From Octopus sinensis (taxonomy: Eukaryota), in assembly GCF_006345805.1 (NCBI RefSeq), contig NC_043015.1, positions 20,522,001 to 20,586,000 on the forward strand: a stretch of DNA of 64,000 bases, read 5' to 3'. Below the pieces are notes generated by a model, which saw nothing but the letters and a program-made list of their open reading frames with translations, made no database searches and had not been told where the DNA came from. Both the position numbers and the translations under genes were made by a program. Within the stretch, counting starts at the first letter, position 1. Every line of letters starts with the position of its first letter. Positions 40,932 to 54,639 of the stretch are shown piece after piece.

Positions 40932-41498
40932 TACGTGATCACGTGACCGACCAGACCATCAGATGTTGTTACACATCGCTGGTCACAATGAAAGGATATA
41001 ATAAATATCCTGTAAACAGATGTAAGACCTATCTATAAATGTTCTAAAATCGACACAGCCTTGGTTTCTTATCTCATTACGAAATTAAATTCATAAACAT
41101 ATATATATATATGCATATGTTTCTCACCCGTTCTTGCGCCGGGTTTTACGTTTGTGGCTATTTGTGTGCGGGATCAGCTAGTTAATGGCTTTAATCTACA
41201 TAAAAAGGAAAATCAGATGAACAGTAAATAACTGTCTGTGTTGCTAGTTAAATAAATATAATGCTGATTAAAGTATATCAGAAATGATATCATTTAACCA
41301 GGGTAGTTTCCAGATCGTTACTCATCTAGAGATGAAAATTCCAAGAGTTTCAGATTATATAATGATCAGGTAAAAGGGTTAATGAGCAAAGAGAGTGCCT
41401 ATGTTTGTTTAAACTTTGTATATATGTGAATTTCCGGGACTTAAACTGGAATTCATGAAATGGTGTCACTTTGTGAAAAATTCGGACCTGGTATAGAG

Positions 41499-41537
<39 letters not shown>

Positions 41538-42074
41538 TAGTAGTAGTAGTATAGTAGTAGTAGTAGTAATAATAATAATAATAATAATAATGATGATGAT
41601 GATGATGATAATAATAATATTAATAAAGCGAGAGAAGGTTGGTTATGTATTTTGTCATGAACATCCTCAAGAAAGATTGGCCAAACTTTTAACATAATTG
41701 TTTTTAAAAAAAGAAGCTCATTTTTTAGGGTTTGAATTGAATCTGTTTGCACCAAAATAATTTGAATTGAGATGAACAGATTTGGCAAGGGAAGAGTTGA
41801 TTAGTGAAAAGAAAGAAACATTTCAATTGATAGCATAGGAACGGAATAGGTTCGTGCATCAGCTTGGTAAAGCAGCCAATGCTAATACGATAATAGATTG
41901 AATGGAAAATGGATTACAAAAATTTGAAGAAAAAAAAGGTACTTACTTCACTGATCTCTTTGTAATATACCCGTTCTGTAAATCTTGGTGGATTGTCATT
42001 TACATTTGTAGCTATAATATTAACTGTTATAGTGACCTGAAAGAAGAAAAAAAGTAAAAAATATTAATAACAAT

Positions 42075-42289
42075 CCTTTCGGCTGGAGGCATAAGGCATC
42101 AAATTTTGGGGGAGAGGGGGTCAGTCGATTATATCGACCCAGTGTTTCGCTGGTGTTTATTTCATCGATCCCGAGAGGATGAAAGGCAAAGTCAACCTCA
42201 GCGGAATTTAGATTCAGAACGTAGCGACGGACGAAATACTGCTAAGCATTTCGTTCAGTGCGCTAACGCTTCTGCCAACTCGCCGCCTT
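42075..42289 (-). mobile_element. SINE family B, best copy
   Basis: Minus strand GGCGGCGAGTTGGCAGAAGCGTTAGCGCA...GTTCTGAATCTAAATTCCGCTGAGGTTGACTTTGCCTTTCATCCT; adjacent to (AAT)n. Confidence 0.85.
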
Positions 42290-42291
42290 AG

Positions 42292-42341
<50 letters not shown>

Positions 42342-42348
42342 TAACTAA

Positions 42349-42381
<33 letters not shown>

Positions 42382-42884
42382 TATAATTATAATAATACAG
42401 AAAGAGATGGCTGGTGTGTATTTTGTCTTGAACCTCCTCAAGTAAGATTGGCCAAAGCTTAACAGCATAAAAATTGACACAACTAGCACCAAAGAAAATT
42501 AAATTCGATAAAACCGTAAACAGAAAGCAACAAGAACAAGAACAACAACAACAGTAGCAGCAAAAAGATAATCGTATATAAAGCTATGGAATCTTTTCGT
42601 GGAGACCTGGCAATTTCAAAAATACTAAAACAAAAGTTAAATGTCACGAAGTGACATTTTCTCGTCGTGGCGTATCCATTATAATGGTATAAATAATAAT
42701 AATAATAATAATGATAATAATAATAATAATAATGACGGTGAGGATAATATTAATGACAACAACAATAGATAAAATGATAATGATCATTATAATGAATGTA
42801 ATACCAAAAAAAAAAAAAAAAAACTGAATAGCATCCTTAGGAATTTCTCATATCTTAGACAATATAAACACACACACAAACATA

Positions 42885-43001
<117 letters not shown>

Positions 43002-43422
43002 TATATATATAAATATATATGCATATAAATATATGTATATATAAGCTTATATATGTGTGTGTGTGTATATATGTGTGTGTGTGTGTGGTGTTGTGCATAT
43101 ATATATATATATATATACACACACATATGCGCGCGGACATACACAAATGTGTTGATCTGAATGTATATACAATGATTTTTTTCGAGTTTAGTATGACACG
43201 TGTATGATAACCATGGAAAAAATATGAACATGTGATAGTTGGGTGGGCGTAAGAGGAGGAAATCGCTTCGGAGAGAACCAATCAGATTTTAATGAAGAGA
43301 ACTAACACATTCCCATTTCTGTACACTGTACGTTTAAGGTGAATATATATATATATATTAACTTATACATATATACATATACACACACATATATACATAT
43401 ATATACATATATATGTATACAT

Positions 43423-43467
<45 letters not shown>

Positions 43468-43468
43468 C

Positions 43469-43890
43469 ACCGTAACGTATATTTGCCAAGTGTGGCGTCA
43501 TCCTATACAGGACAGTGCTTCTGATGTTTGTAGCCCCAGAAAGACATCTCCTCCAGCTGGCTAACGACACACATTTTCATTGTCCGTTTATATTTGCGAG
43601 GGAGATCATCGATCCCATCTTTAGCCTTACATGATAGACACGGTGTCGAGTTTCTAGGTGTTTCCCCGTCCTCAGCGTGTGCTAATCAGCAGCTAGTGAT
43701 GGAAGCTCAGGCAACTCGCAAAATACTATATATTTTTCAAGCGACACACTGTCGCTGATCTCGTAGAAGAGAGAAACTGAGCGAGATTTTCTCAGTAGCA
43801 GTAGGGTCCCGTAACATATATTTGCCAACTGAGTGTGGTGTCCTATAGAAGGGAGTGCTACTGATGTTTACAGCCCCAGGAAGACAGGCT
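43469..43890 (-). mobile_element. Element with ~78-bp direct repeats 340 bp apart enclosing a decayed hammerhead motif
   Basis: CCGTAACGTATATTTGCCAA...CTGATGTTTGTAGCCCCAGAAAGACA (43470-43546) is repeated at 43809-43886; minus-strand ACACG-CTGAGGA...GAAAC-TCGACAC-CGTGT at 43680-43638. Confidence 0.65.
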
Positions 43891-44210
43891 CCCTTCCTGC
43901 GGCAGGCGAGGTGGAATCAGGAATCATATATGCGCTGATTTTAGATTTAATCAATCTTCATCAGTGACGCATTTACCCTGTCGGCAAGGGGTAAAGAGCC
44001 AAAGTCATCTTGTCAGCTTTATAGAGAACATTGTAGGAAACATCGACTGATTTTGAAAGTGAGAATTATAAAAATGCTTGCACGTGGCTACTAGTTGTTT
44101 TGGTTAGTATTACAGGTACTTACTAGCACAGTCCGTCACTTTACTGACTATTATATATATATATAATATATTTATATATATATTTATATATTATATTATA
44201 TATATATATT

Positions 44211-44241
<31 letters not shown>

Positions 44242-44258
44242 ATATATATATGTATATA

Positions 44259-44500
44259 CTTTAATTTATTAAAGCTGCAAAACATCCCCAAAATATCTCA
44301 AAAAAATGCTACTCAGAGTTTCACGTTCCTGTTCATCGGACAGTTTGGATTCTCAATCTAAACTATCGGACGAATGTGAGCATGAAACTCTGAGTAGCAA
44401 TTTTTGGTGATATCCATGTCATGTTTTGGCAGCATAAATAATAATGAAGCATATTACTCTACCTCCGATATTCGAGTACTATTTTTCCTCAACTTGTGCT
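44259..44500. mobile_element. Palindromic element with divergent hammerhead motifs, plus tail
   Basis: Minus 44343-44307 CTGT-CCGATGA-ACAGGAACGT-GAAAC-TCTGA-GTA-GCA; plus 44363-44399 CTAT-CGGACGA-ATGTGAGCAT-GAAAC-TCTGA-GTA-GCA. Confidence 0.8.
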
Positions 44501-44627
44501 TACTTGCTTATTTTGGCATATATATATATATACATTATACATACATATGCATATGTATATATATACACACATACACATATACATATAAATAATACATTCA
44601 TATATACATACATACATATATACATAC

Positions 44628-44678
<51 letters not shown>

Positions 44679-44985
44679 GATGGGCGTGTTTATGTATCTT
44701 GTTTTTAGGAATATTGAGTCTGGGATGATATAAAAAGTAACTGAGGGTAAGTATTGTATGTAAAGTTCATTTGTATGGGAAAGTGGAAGGTTAACTGTAA
44801 TACACGAACTCACATTTCTTCGAACCATGATCCAATATTTACGCGCTAATATGTATGGATATATTTACTTCGAGATTCACATTTTCGAAAAAGAATTACT
44901 TCACCTCCTCGAAATTCTTAAAATCACATCACATCAGCAATGTATATATACATACATACATACATATATACATATATATATATTT

Positions 44986-45033
44986 ATCTAGGCCGATGAA
45001 GGACAATGATCCTGAAACACGGTGTCCCTAGAT
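44986..45033 (+). ncRNA. Type I hammerhead ribozyme motif (U4C core variant)
   Basis: ATCTAGG-CCGATGA-AGGA-CAATGA-TCCT-GAAAC-ACGGT-GTC-CCTAGAT: 7-bp helix I, 4-bp helix II, helix III ACA/TGT, GUC site. Confidence 0.8.
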
Positions 45034-45404
45034 GCAGTTCCGGCAGTTGGGGGTGTTTGTCTCCCCTTCGTATGTGTATATAAGACAGGATAAAATGTGT
45101 CGAAGCTGTCAGGAGGCGTTCGGGCCCTCCTAGGGCTATATAACGGTGGTTGTACCCCTACTGTCAATTCTTGTTAGATTGACAGTATACAACCAGTATA
45201 TATATATACTATATATATATAATATATATATACATATATACATATATATATACATACATATATTTATATATATATATGTACATGTATAGATATATATATA
45301 TATAATATATATATATAACATATAGAAATACATACATACATTATAACATATATATAAATATGAACACACGCGTCTCATCTATCTATATATCTATCTATTT
45401 ATTT

Positions 45405-45775
45405 ATTTTACTTGTTATAGTTTTTAAACAGTAGCCACGCTGGGGCAACGCACGGAAGAAATTTTGCCAATGAAATTCACCCTAGCAATCCTATTCTTTC
45501 GAGCATGATACTTATTGTATGCCGAACCGCTAAGTTACGTCGACGTAAAAATATCAACACCGGTTGTCAAGCGGTGGGAGGGGGACAAATACAAAGATAC
45601 ATCCACACTTATATATACGAGTGTGTGTATAGCATCATTTCTTCAGCATCCGGCTATAAAATCCACTCACAAATCCTGGGTAGGTTCTAGCAGAACTACT
45701 TGCTCAATATGCTACGCAATGGGACTGCTTCCAGAACCACATGGCTGGGAGGCAAACATCTTACCACACAACCAC
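45405..45775 (-). mobile_element. SINE family A, diverged full copy
   Basis: AGCCACGCTGGGGCAACGC...GCCGAACCGCTAAGTTACG...CTTACCACACAACCAC. Confidence 0.8.
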
Positions 45776-45809
45776 GATATTATATTATATATATTATATT
45801 ATATTATAT

Positions 45810-45848
<39 letters not shown>

Positions 45849-45988
45849 ACAAAAGCTAAGATTTCAGAGAACTTAGAACTTTCCTAAATTCTCCCTTTTT
45901 TCCCCAGATGTCTCTCAACCGGTTAAAATAGAATTGATAATTATATAGAAAATACATGATAGATAAATCAAATCATCATGATTTACAA

Positions 45989-46042
<54 letters not shown>

Positions 46043-46576
46043 GTTGTGTGGTGGGTTGTGTGTGTGTGTGTGGGTGTGTGTATGTGTGTGTTGTGGTTCT
46101 TGCGTCTTTAATAAACCGCCCCCAAGTACATGTAACCACATACATGAAAGCGGGAAAAGCCTTCCGTCAATCTTTGTCACTTATTGAAAAGAAAAGTATC
46201 AGTTTGGTTTGCGTATACATTCGTAAGCACATGGTTATTTCACTGCTTGCAGACTTCAATTTCTTATTTAGTTGAAGATTATAAGCATGGTGATACCACC
46301 ATATTTCTGAATGTCGATATATGTTGCGTATTATTCAAGAGACAATGAATTATAGTCCATGAATATAAAACAATTATCAATATATATATAATCACTATTC
46401 GCTACATTGAGTACTGTCGACTTTGAGATATGTATATTTAATAGATCCTCGATTTAGCTATTGTGTACTTGTCTGAGTGTGTACATATGGTGCATGTTTC
46501 CTTCCAAATAAATTGAATTAAAATACAGCTATGCCCGAATTTTAGCTTTTTTATTGAATTCATTTAATATTTGCTC

Positions 46577-46792
46577 ATTAGTCCCTTAAGTTTAGTATGA
46601 AGCATAACCGTTCGTAAACCCATTAGTCCATTAGCGTTTAAAAACCCTTGCGACTTACAGCAAAACGCCTGAACAAATCGCCATTATTGCCACGGCTTTC
46701 TTCCGCTGTAGTGGCCGTTAAGGTCTTCAAAGACTAATGGACTAATGTGTTTAGGAACACCGTGTTTTCTAAACTAAACACAGTGGACTAAT
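46577..46792. mobile_element. Fold-back/MITE-like element with ATTAGTCC sub-repeats
   Basis: CATTAGTCCATTAG pairs with CTAATGGACTAATG; outer ATTAGTCC pairs with GGACTAAT. Confidence 0.7.
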
Positions 46793-47184
46793 AAGGAGAC
46801 ATGAAATATCATTTATGAAACTGTGTAAAAATTAAAGCAGTCGTGTCATTTAATATAGCGTATGTGAGTGTGTACGTCCATGTGTGCGGGGTGGATCGGA
46901 CGCGCGTGGCTGTTGCTCTGTGTAAATGGTTTCTATAAATGTTGGAGCAGAATTTGATGAGATAACGACTTTCCAATTTAGGCACAAGATCAGTAATTTT
47001 GTGGGTAGTAGAAACCCAAAACTAGCACTTGATTGATGCCTTATTTTAATCGATCCAGAAGTGAAGAAATACAAATTTGACACCGGCAGGAATTGAAATC
47101 CGGGCGTAAAGGGTCTGAACAAATGACAGAACGCCTTTTGTCTAACTATTATGAAATTGCATGGCACGAAAATAATTGTTTTAA

Positions 47185-47330
47185 TTTAGGCTCACGACCA
47201 GTAATTTTGATTGGTGAGGAATAGTCGATGTCAATGGACCCTAGTACTGGACGAGTACAATAATTTAGTGGGTGACAAAAATGTAAAGCTGATCTTGGCT
47301 GAATTTGAACTTAGATCTTAAAGTGGCGAA
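47185..47330 (-). mobile_element. SINE family B, highly diverged
   Basis: AGTCGATGTCAATGGACCCTAGTACT...GAATTTGAACTTAGA resembles 42120-42220. Confidence 0.5.
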
Positions 47331-48735
47331 ACTACTAATAAAAATTAGATACTTTTGACTTGTCTAAATAATTAATCTCAGTGCTTTGGGCTTTTTAATT
47401 GTACAAAATTATACGCACCTCCTAACGTACTATATTGCGCATGCCGCAGTGATGTTCCACTTATGTGTGGTGAAGTTTATGCTTCGCTAAAGAAGTCTAA
47501 AAAAAGCCTAAAACATATCCGTTGTTCTCTCCCTTTCTAAAAATTATTAAAACATCATCTGTTGATCTAAAATGTTCTATACTTCACCGCATGAATATAT
47601 TCTGAAGAGATTGTTGAAGTTCACTGCATTCAATATGGCAACACATGTTTTCCATGCGGAAGGTGTGTCTCTCATTACGTAATTCCAGCAATCTACTCAT
47701 TTCTCTCCTAATAACAGTTCGCCCCTTTAAATAGTCTATAGTACTTCACTCTAGAAATTCCATTTGCAAATTTTAACAAACAAATCATGAATTCACAGAA
47801 AGACATCCGAGGGACAAAAAGACAGAAATCCGACTCCAAATGTATAAAAAGTTAACAAAGTAAAATAAAATATAATAAAATAAAACAAGTTAAATATAAT
47901 TAATTAAAAAAAATGACAATAATTAATTAAAAAAGGAAAAATAAATCAATATTTTAAATTAATTATTCGATTTAGCTATCGGGAAGAAATTAGAGTTTGA
48001 AATAAGCGTTTACTATAGATAAAATGATATAAATTTATATATTATATCTAGATACAGAGGAATTATGAATATAATATTATCTCGTTATGTACATCTACCT
48101 ATCTAACACATAAACACATATACAGACACACAAATATCTTTCCTTGTGTGTGTGTGTATTATCTGTTCATACATGTATATATATACATATATATTTAAAC
48201 TCACACATCTCTTCATAGACAGAGAAACATACGTATATATAAATACATACACATACGTACATGTATATGTGTGTGCGTATGTGTATGCACAAACGTTTGT
48301 ATACGTTTATTCATACACATATACATATGTATTTCTACACACACGTTTACAGTTCTATATACATATATATATATTACATATATATATATACATATACACA
48401 TGCATACACATATATTCATACATGCGAGTAAATGCATATATACATACATACATACACATGCACAAATGAACATACATATTTATATATACATACAAGCCTA
48501 CATATACACAAATATATTGACAAGCAGCACACACATACGGCGTGTATACGTAAGAGTGATGTTTGTCATTTACATAATGCATCTGTATGGATGTACGATT
48601 CAAGATTTATGCCTCATAAGCATTCGATTGTGTAGAATTCATAATTACGGACACATACACACATACACACATGTACATATGTATATTCTTATATGTATGC
48701 CTGGGTGCCTGTACATGTGACACAATACAGCAATA

Positions 48736-48769
<34 letters not shown>

Positions 48770-48842
48770 ATTCCTTGTGTGCTTTATATATATGTATAAT
48801 CTACACACACATATAAATATCAATACAGACATGTATACACAC

Positions 48843-48941
<99 letters not shown>

Positions 48942-48971
48942 CATCCATCCATCCACTTGTCTATGTCTATC

Positions 48972-49003
<32 letters not shown>

Positions 49004-49123
49004 CACACATACTTTCTATTTGTACACACATGTGTATTTACGTATTCTTATGCATTAATACACGTTCATACACTTTCATACGCATACATTCACAAACACT
49101 CACCTCACACACATATACATACG

Positions 49124-49162
<39 letters not shown>

Positions 49163-49620
49163 GCATATATACACATATATTTTCTATTCATACGCGCATC
49201 TATTTACGCATACATAAGTACACATACACAATCGCAAGCACACTCACACACACAAACATACACAATTCTTGCATACAACAAATACTATTAATTTAGGTTT
49301 TCAATCAGGACACAATTTGCAAACGTTACGCCGCATTGCCAACAGTGTATTTCCGTTTTCGCAGCCACACCGATTTCCTTGGAGATTTCATAGACACTTA
49401 GAGGTCCTGCATAAACATGAGATGCAACAAAAGGATATCAGACCAATGGAAGGTCGTTAGATGTATATTGGGGGGTAAGACTCGGTGGTGCAGTTTCCGC
49501 CTTTTGAAACGAATAAGAAACAAACCTTGTAGTGGCAATATAATTAAGATCAATATTAATTGGAAAACATATATCTGACCTGGTTTCATATATGACCATA
49601 TATCCTCTGTGTGTGGGTGT

Positions 49621-49657
<37 letters not shown>

Positions 49658-50342
49658 GTGAGTGAGAGAGAGAGTGCGTGTATGTGTGCGTATATTTGTG
49701 TGTATGCAAATAAGAGTTTGCATGCATATGTTTTCTACACATATAAGTGTATATGTCTGTGTAGCTAGATATTATACATGTTTGTGTGTATGTGTGTGTG
49801 TGGGGGGGGGGGCGTGTGCATGTATATGCTGATGTATAAATAAAATATCCCTCCCTCTCCCTTTTCGATTTATATATTTTTGCTCAAATGCATACATACA
49901 CAAACATAAACACAAATTTATACACACACAGACACGCACACACGCACGCACACACACACACACATACACATTAACATATTCTTTGATATATGTATTTTCT
50001 GAAAATTAATGTACTATATATATATATTATATATATATATACATGTATGTATGTATGTATACACCCTCGTATGAATATTTATGTATTTTGTGCTTGTGAG
50101 TGTGCATACATAACACGTATATATACGTATGTCTGCGTGTATGGGTGTAATGATAATATGATAATATTGGTAATCATTACATAATATTCACATCAGTTGT
50201 AATACAAATTATTGCTAACTACGGTAAACATTTACCGTTTCTCTGGGGCTGGCCTATAATCGATAACTCTGACCTCTGTATTTCACTCTTAATTATTTGA
50301 TCGATCCGGATAGGATAAAAGACAAAAATCATCCTTGCAGTT

Positions 50343-50377
50343 TAATAATAATAATATAATACTAATAATAATAATAA

Positions 50378-50432
<55 letters not shown>

Positions 50433-50447
50433 TAGATGATATAATTA

Positions 50448-50494
<47 letters not shown>

Positions 50495-50543
50495 GTGATA
50501 ATAATAATAATAATAATAATAATAGTGTGATAATAATAATAAT

Positions 50544-50586
<43 letters not shown>

Positions 50587-50590
50587 TAAT

Positions 50591-50663
<73 letters not shown>

Positions 50664-50689
50664 TAATAATAATAATAACAATAATAATA
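50343..50689. repeat. ~350-bp (AAT)n microsatellite
   Basis: Direct inspection. Confidence 0.95.
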
Positions 50690-51012
50690 GGTTTAGGAAG
50701 ATCAAGTATATATCACTTAACATGTACACGGTTTGTGGTTCAGAATAGTAACTATGAACACATGTTGCAGCGAAAACAGAGGTTGTCTCTATAGAATTGT
50801 GTCTTCTCTGACTCGAGCCAGACTTAGACATTCACGAACAGCAAAGACGATCTTAATGGCGTTGCTTAATATGCGTAATGAAAACGAAAATTAGCTGAGG
50901 TAAATAACCATCGTTGGGTTTATGTTCAATGAATAAGAGAGAAGTGCTGAATACACACACACACCACAAACACACACACACACCACACACAACACACATT
51001 ATAATATATATA

Positions 51013-51045
<33 letters not shown>

Positions 51046-51139
51046 TTCAGAGGAAATAAGTCTTTTTTTTTACTGAAAATGAAATTTCTCCCGCGATACG
51101 AGTTTCCCGAGACAAACTCTCCAACTGAGTATCAACAAA

Positions 51140-51178
<39 letters not shown>

Positions 51179-51528
51179 TGTCTGTCTGTCTATCTCTCTA
51201 TCTATATTTCTATTTAGTTCAAGAGATGATATTTGGAAAGTATATTTGTCTGTGAATTACACTCTCTTCTAGAAGCAGATTTATTTAATAAGTGAACCAT
51301 CCATATATTCAGTAAAACACTTTTATGCTCTGTAACTATACTACTGTGTGTTTGTATATACACGAACAGTTTCTTGCTGTGAAGACACGTATCTAGGCAT
51401 GTTTATATAAAACGCCCTGTGTCTCCAAGCACTTTTATACGTATACACACACACACACACGCACATATATATATGCATAATTACGTATATGCACATGCAC
51501 ATATATATGCATACATACACAAATATAC

Positions 51529-51577
<49 letters not shown>

Positions 51578-51921
51578 CATATACACTTACATACACACAC
51601 ATATAGATATGCATATATGCACATACATATAGATATACATATATCTAGTTACATATACATATATATGTATATATATATAAACATGCACCTAACAAATATA
51701 GCGTATAACATAGGTAATTACACAACTGTATACACGATAAGATACGTACTTATATATACACACTGTGCACCGTATATCTCCCTGCACCAAGTTATACAGC
51801 ATTCACACGCACACGTATATACACTAAACTGTGCATCATACACAATGTATCCATCAACACATAAATATACATAGTGAAACATAGAGCTATATATACAGAT
51901 ATATTTGTATATATGCTTTAT

Positions 51922-52108
51922 CTGTCACTTGTTTCAGTCATTGGACTGCGACCATGCTGGGGCACCCCGTGTTGTCATCAGTTCGGCAAAGTGACCCTTG
52001 TATTTTATGCTGTTGGTTTTGCTTTTGCCGTTGGTTTACGGGGACTGAAACAGATGAACACTGGTTGTCATGAATGGTGCGTGCAAACACAACACGCAAA
52101 CACACACA

Positions 52109-52169
<61 letters not shown>

Positions 52170-52250
52170 TCATCATCTGCTTCCGTAGACTTTCCGTTTA
52201 ACAAGGACTCCGAAACCACATCGTTACAAAGCGAGATTCCTAACCACACA
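51922..52250 (-). mobile_element. SINE family A, internally deleted, with (CA)n
   Basis: Reverse tail GTTTCAGTCATTGGACTGCGACCATGCTGGGGCACC; reverse head ...TTCCTAACCACACAG. Confidence 0.75.
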
Positions 52251-52304
52251 GACATATATATATATGTGTGTGTGTGTGTGTGTTGTGTGTGTGTGTGTGT
52301 GTGT

Positions 52305-52465
52305 GGCGCGGCGTGGCGCTGTGGTAAAAACGCTTGCTTCCGGCCTGTATGTTTCCGGGTTGACTCACTGCGTAACACCTTGGAGCAAGTGTGTCTTGTT
52401 ATAACCCGGAACCGATCAAAACCGTGTGAGTGGATTTAGTACACGGAAGCTGAAAGAAACCTATC

Positions 52466-52467
<2 letters not shown>
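52305..52467 (+). mobile_element. SINE family A head/core
   Basis: GGCGTGGCGCTGTGGTAAAAACGCTTGCTTCC...CACCTTGGAGCAAGTGTGTCTT...GTGAGTGGATTTAGTACACGGAAGCTGAAAGAAACC. Confidence 0.8.
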
Positions 52468-52509
<42 letters not shown>

Positions 52510-53150
52510 TATGGGTGTGTGTGCGTATGTTAGTGTATATGTGTATACATGTATGTATATATGTATGCATGTGTGTATGCACACATATATACATATGTCT
52601 ATGTGTGTGTGTATATGTATATATACTACATTATACAACTTAATTCTTATATACACTCCACATTGTACACGATAGACAGGAAAATAAGAAAACAGACTCA
52701 TTCAGTAAGAAAGTTGTTTTTCTCCAAGTTTGTTTCCGATCAATGCAACTTAATCTTTCAGATCGATAGTATGGTTACTACGCCTAATCAATAAATGTAT
52801 CGATCAATATCTTTTAATCTTCTTTGGGTTCATTTATCCTTATTCATTTGTCTTTATTCGACAGAGATCTTTGTATTCTTCTGTTAATCTATTAATCCAT
52901 ATAAGACGTCAGTGATATGTCGAAATTACGCTACATTAATAATCCCTTTTTAGATTGAAAGTAATCTTGAAATTAAATTACGCTGCTGTTGTTGTTATTG
53001 TTGTTGTTGTCGGTGATGTCAATGATGGTGGTATAGATATTGATGATGATGATGATGTTTTATTAAAACAAGCAGATCATGCTTACTCATACATCGTATT
53101 AATACACTCGAGCATGATTCACTTATGCGCCGCACACATACTAACACCCA

Positions 53151-53183
<33 letters not shown>

Positions 53184-53341
53184 AAATGATGATGACGATG
53201 ATGGCGTCAACAATCTAGATGTATATACAAACATACAGACAACCGGTCCTTCATACATGAACGATGCTTTTGCATAGCATACGGTTTTGGACAAACACAG
53301 ACGCACGCATATGTATATATATATATACAGAATTACATATA

Positions 53342-53399
<58 letters not shown>

Positions 53400-53576
53400 C
53401 AGGGATGATGGTGCAAAAGTAGGCATACAGTTATGAAAAAAGAAAATAGAGAATACTTTTTTATCAAATAAATTAAAAGTTACGATAAAAGTACTATTAT
53501 AGTTATAATAAATGTATTATTATGATTAATGCCAATGAAAATATCAAATATGAGGCTATACTTTTGCACCACCCTG
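53400..53576. mobile_element. Tc1/mariner-type MITE
   Basis: TA|CAGGGATGATGGTGCAAAAGTA ... TACTTTTGCACCACCCTG|TA; TA target duplication. Confidence 0.85.
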
Positions 53577-53826
53577 TATACACGCAAATATATACTTACA
53601 TACACGCATATATGTGCATACACATACATATATATAAATGTGTATATATATATATGCATGAATTTAAATAGAGGTTAAAATCATGACCTTAAGGAATAGA
53701 AAATATTCAATGAGTTACTGGGTGTTACCTATTATTTTGTTGTCTAAGTAAGAGGCTTAAGTAAAACACACCAGAAAATGGAGAAGTAGCGTTAATATAA
53801 TTTATTAACTGCGAAAATTCAACATA

Positions 53827-53911
53827 TTACCTTACAGCTGTTTCGATAGTGCCGATATAAAATTCCAGTAATGAAAACAATTTTGGGAGCAACATCTCGT
53901 CAGAGGAGTAA
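53827..53911 (-). ncRNA. Type I hammerhead ribozyme motif with intact core and extended helix II
   Basis: Minus strand TTACTCCT-CTGACGA-GATGTTGC-(36 nt)-GCACTATC-GAAAC-AGCT-GTA-AGGTAA; palindromic helix III ACAGCTGT; GUA site. Confidence 0.8.
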
Positions 53912-53934
53912 AAAAAAAGTTAATAACTTATATC

Positions 53935-54605
53935 AACCCTGGAGATTTTGCATCTACAACAAGAGTCGGTCGCAATATGTAGGTAGGTTGAAGAAAATAA
54001 CATGTAGTTTAATGCTGGAAAAGTCCGAGCCCTGTACTAGCAGCACGGAATGAAAAGCAGACAAGGTATACTGGCCTTGGAGGGATTGCAATCCCTGAAT
54101 CAAAACCTGTGTGCGACCTGCGGATTGACATACCCAGGTAATGATGCGTCTTTCCAGATGTATATTCCTAATTTGGTTGTCCGTAGAAATTTCAGAACGA
54201 GAGACTAGAAGACTATGATGGTCCTCTTGAGGACATTTTCCTCAGCCATTTAGACTACGTAACCACACAATGTAAAATAAATAACGGAATTTGAAGCATT
54301 GTAGCGAAGCTACACTAAGTAGAACATCTCAATGCGACATGCCGCTTACTGGGAGAGACTGAAGCGGAAAAGATATAGTGATATATAACTGAAAAATCGT
54401 AGAATTTGTAACTAAATTTGACACCGTAAGTTATACAAACAGTAGAACGAGGCGCCATTGAATAATGCAAAAACCCAAATATTGTCATGAGGATACAGGA
54501 CCAGATACTACAACAGGTTGTGTTTCAAAACCAAACTGTATCTCCTTCTGTGAAGAGTTCTGGGTGAACCTACTTCGCGGCAAGAAACGCAGATGAGGGG
54601 AGCAA
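53935..54605 (+). mobile_element. Older, deleted 3' fragment of the same LINE family as 36.1-39.5 kb
   Basis: AACATGTAGTTTAATGCTGG...GATTGCAATCCCTGAATCAAAA...TACTGGGAGAGACTGAAG...TACAGGACCAGATACT...GAACCTAC aligns with the reverse complement of 36240-37045. Confidence 0.9.
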
Positions 54606-54639
54606 TATATATATACACAATTGGCAGGGTCGTTAGATC

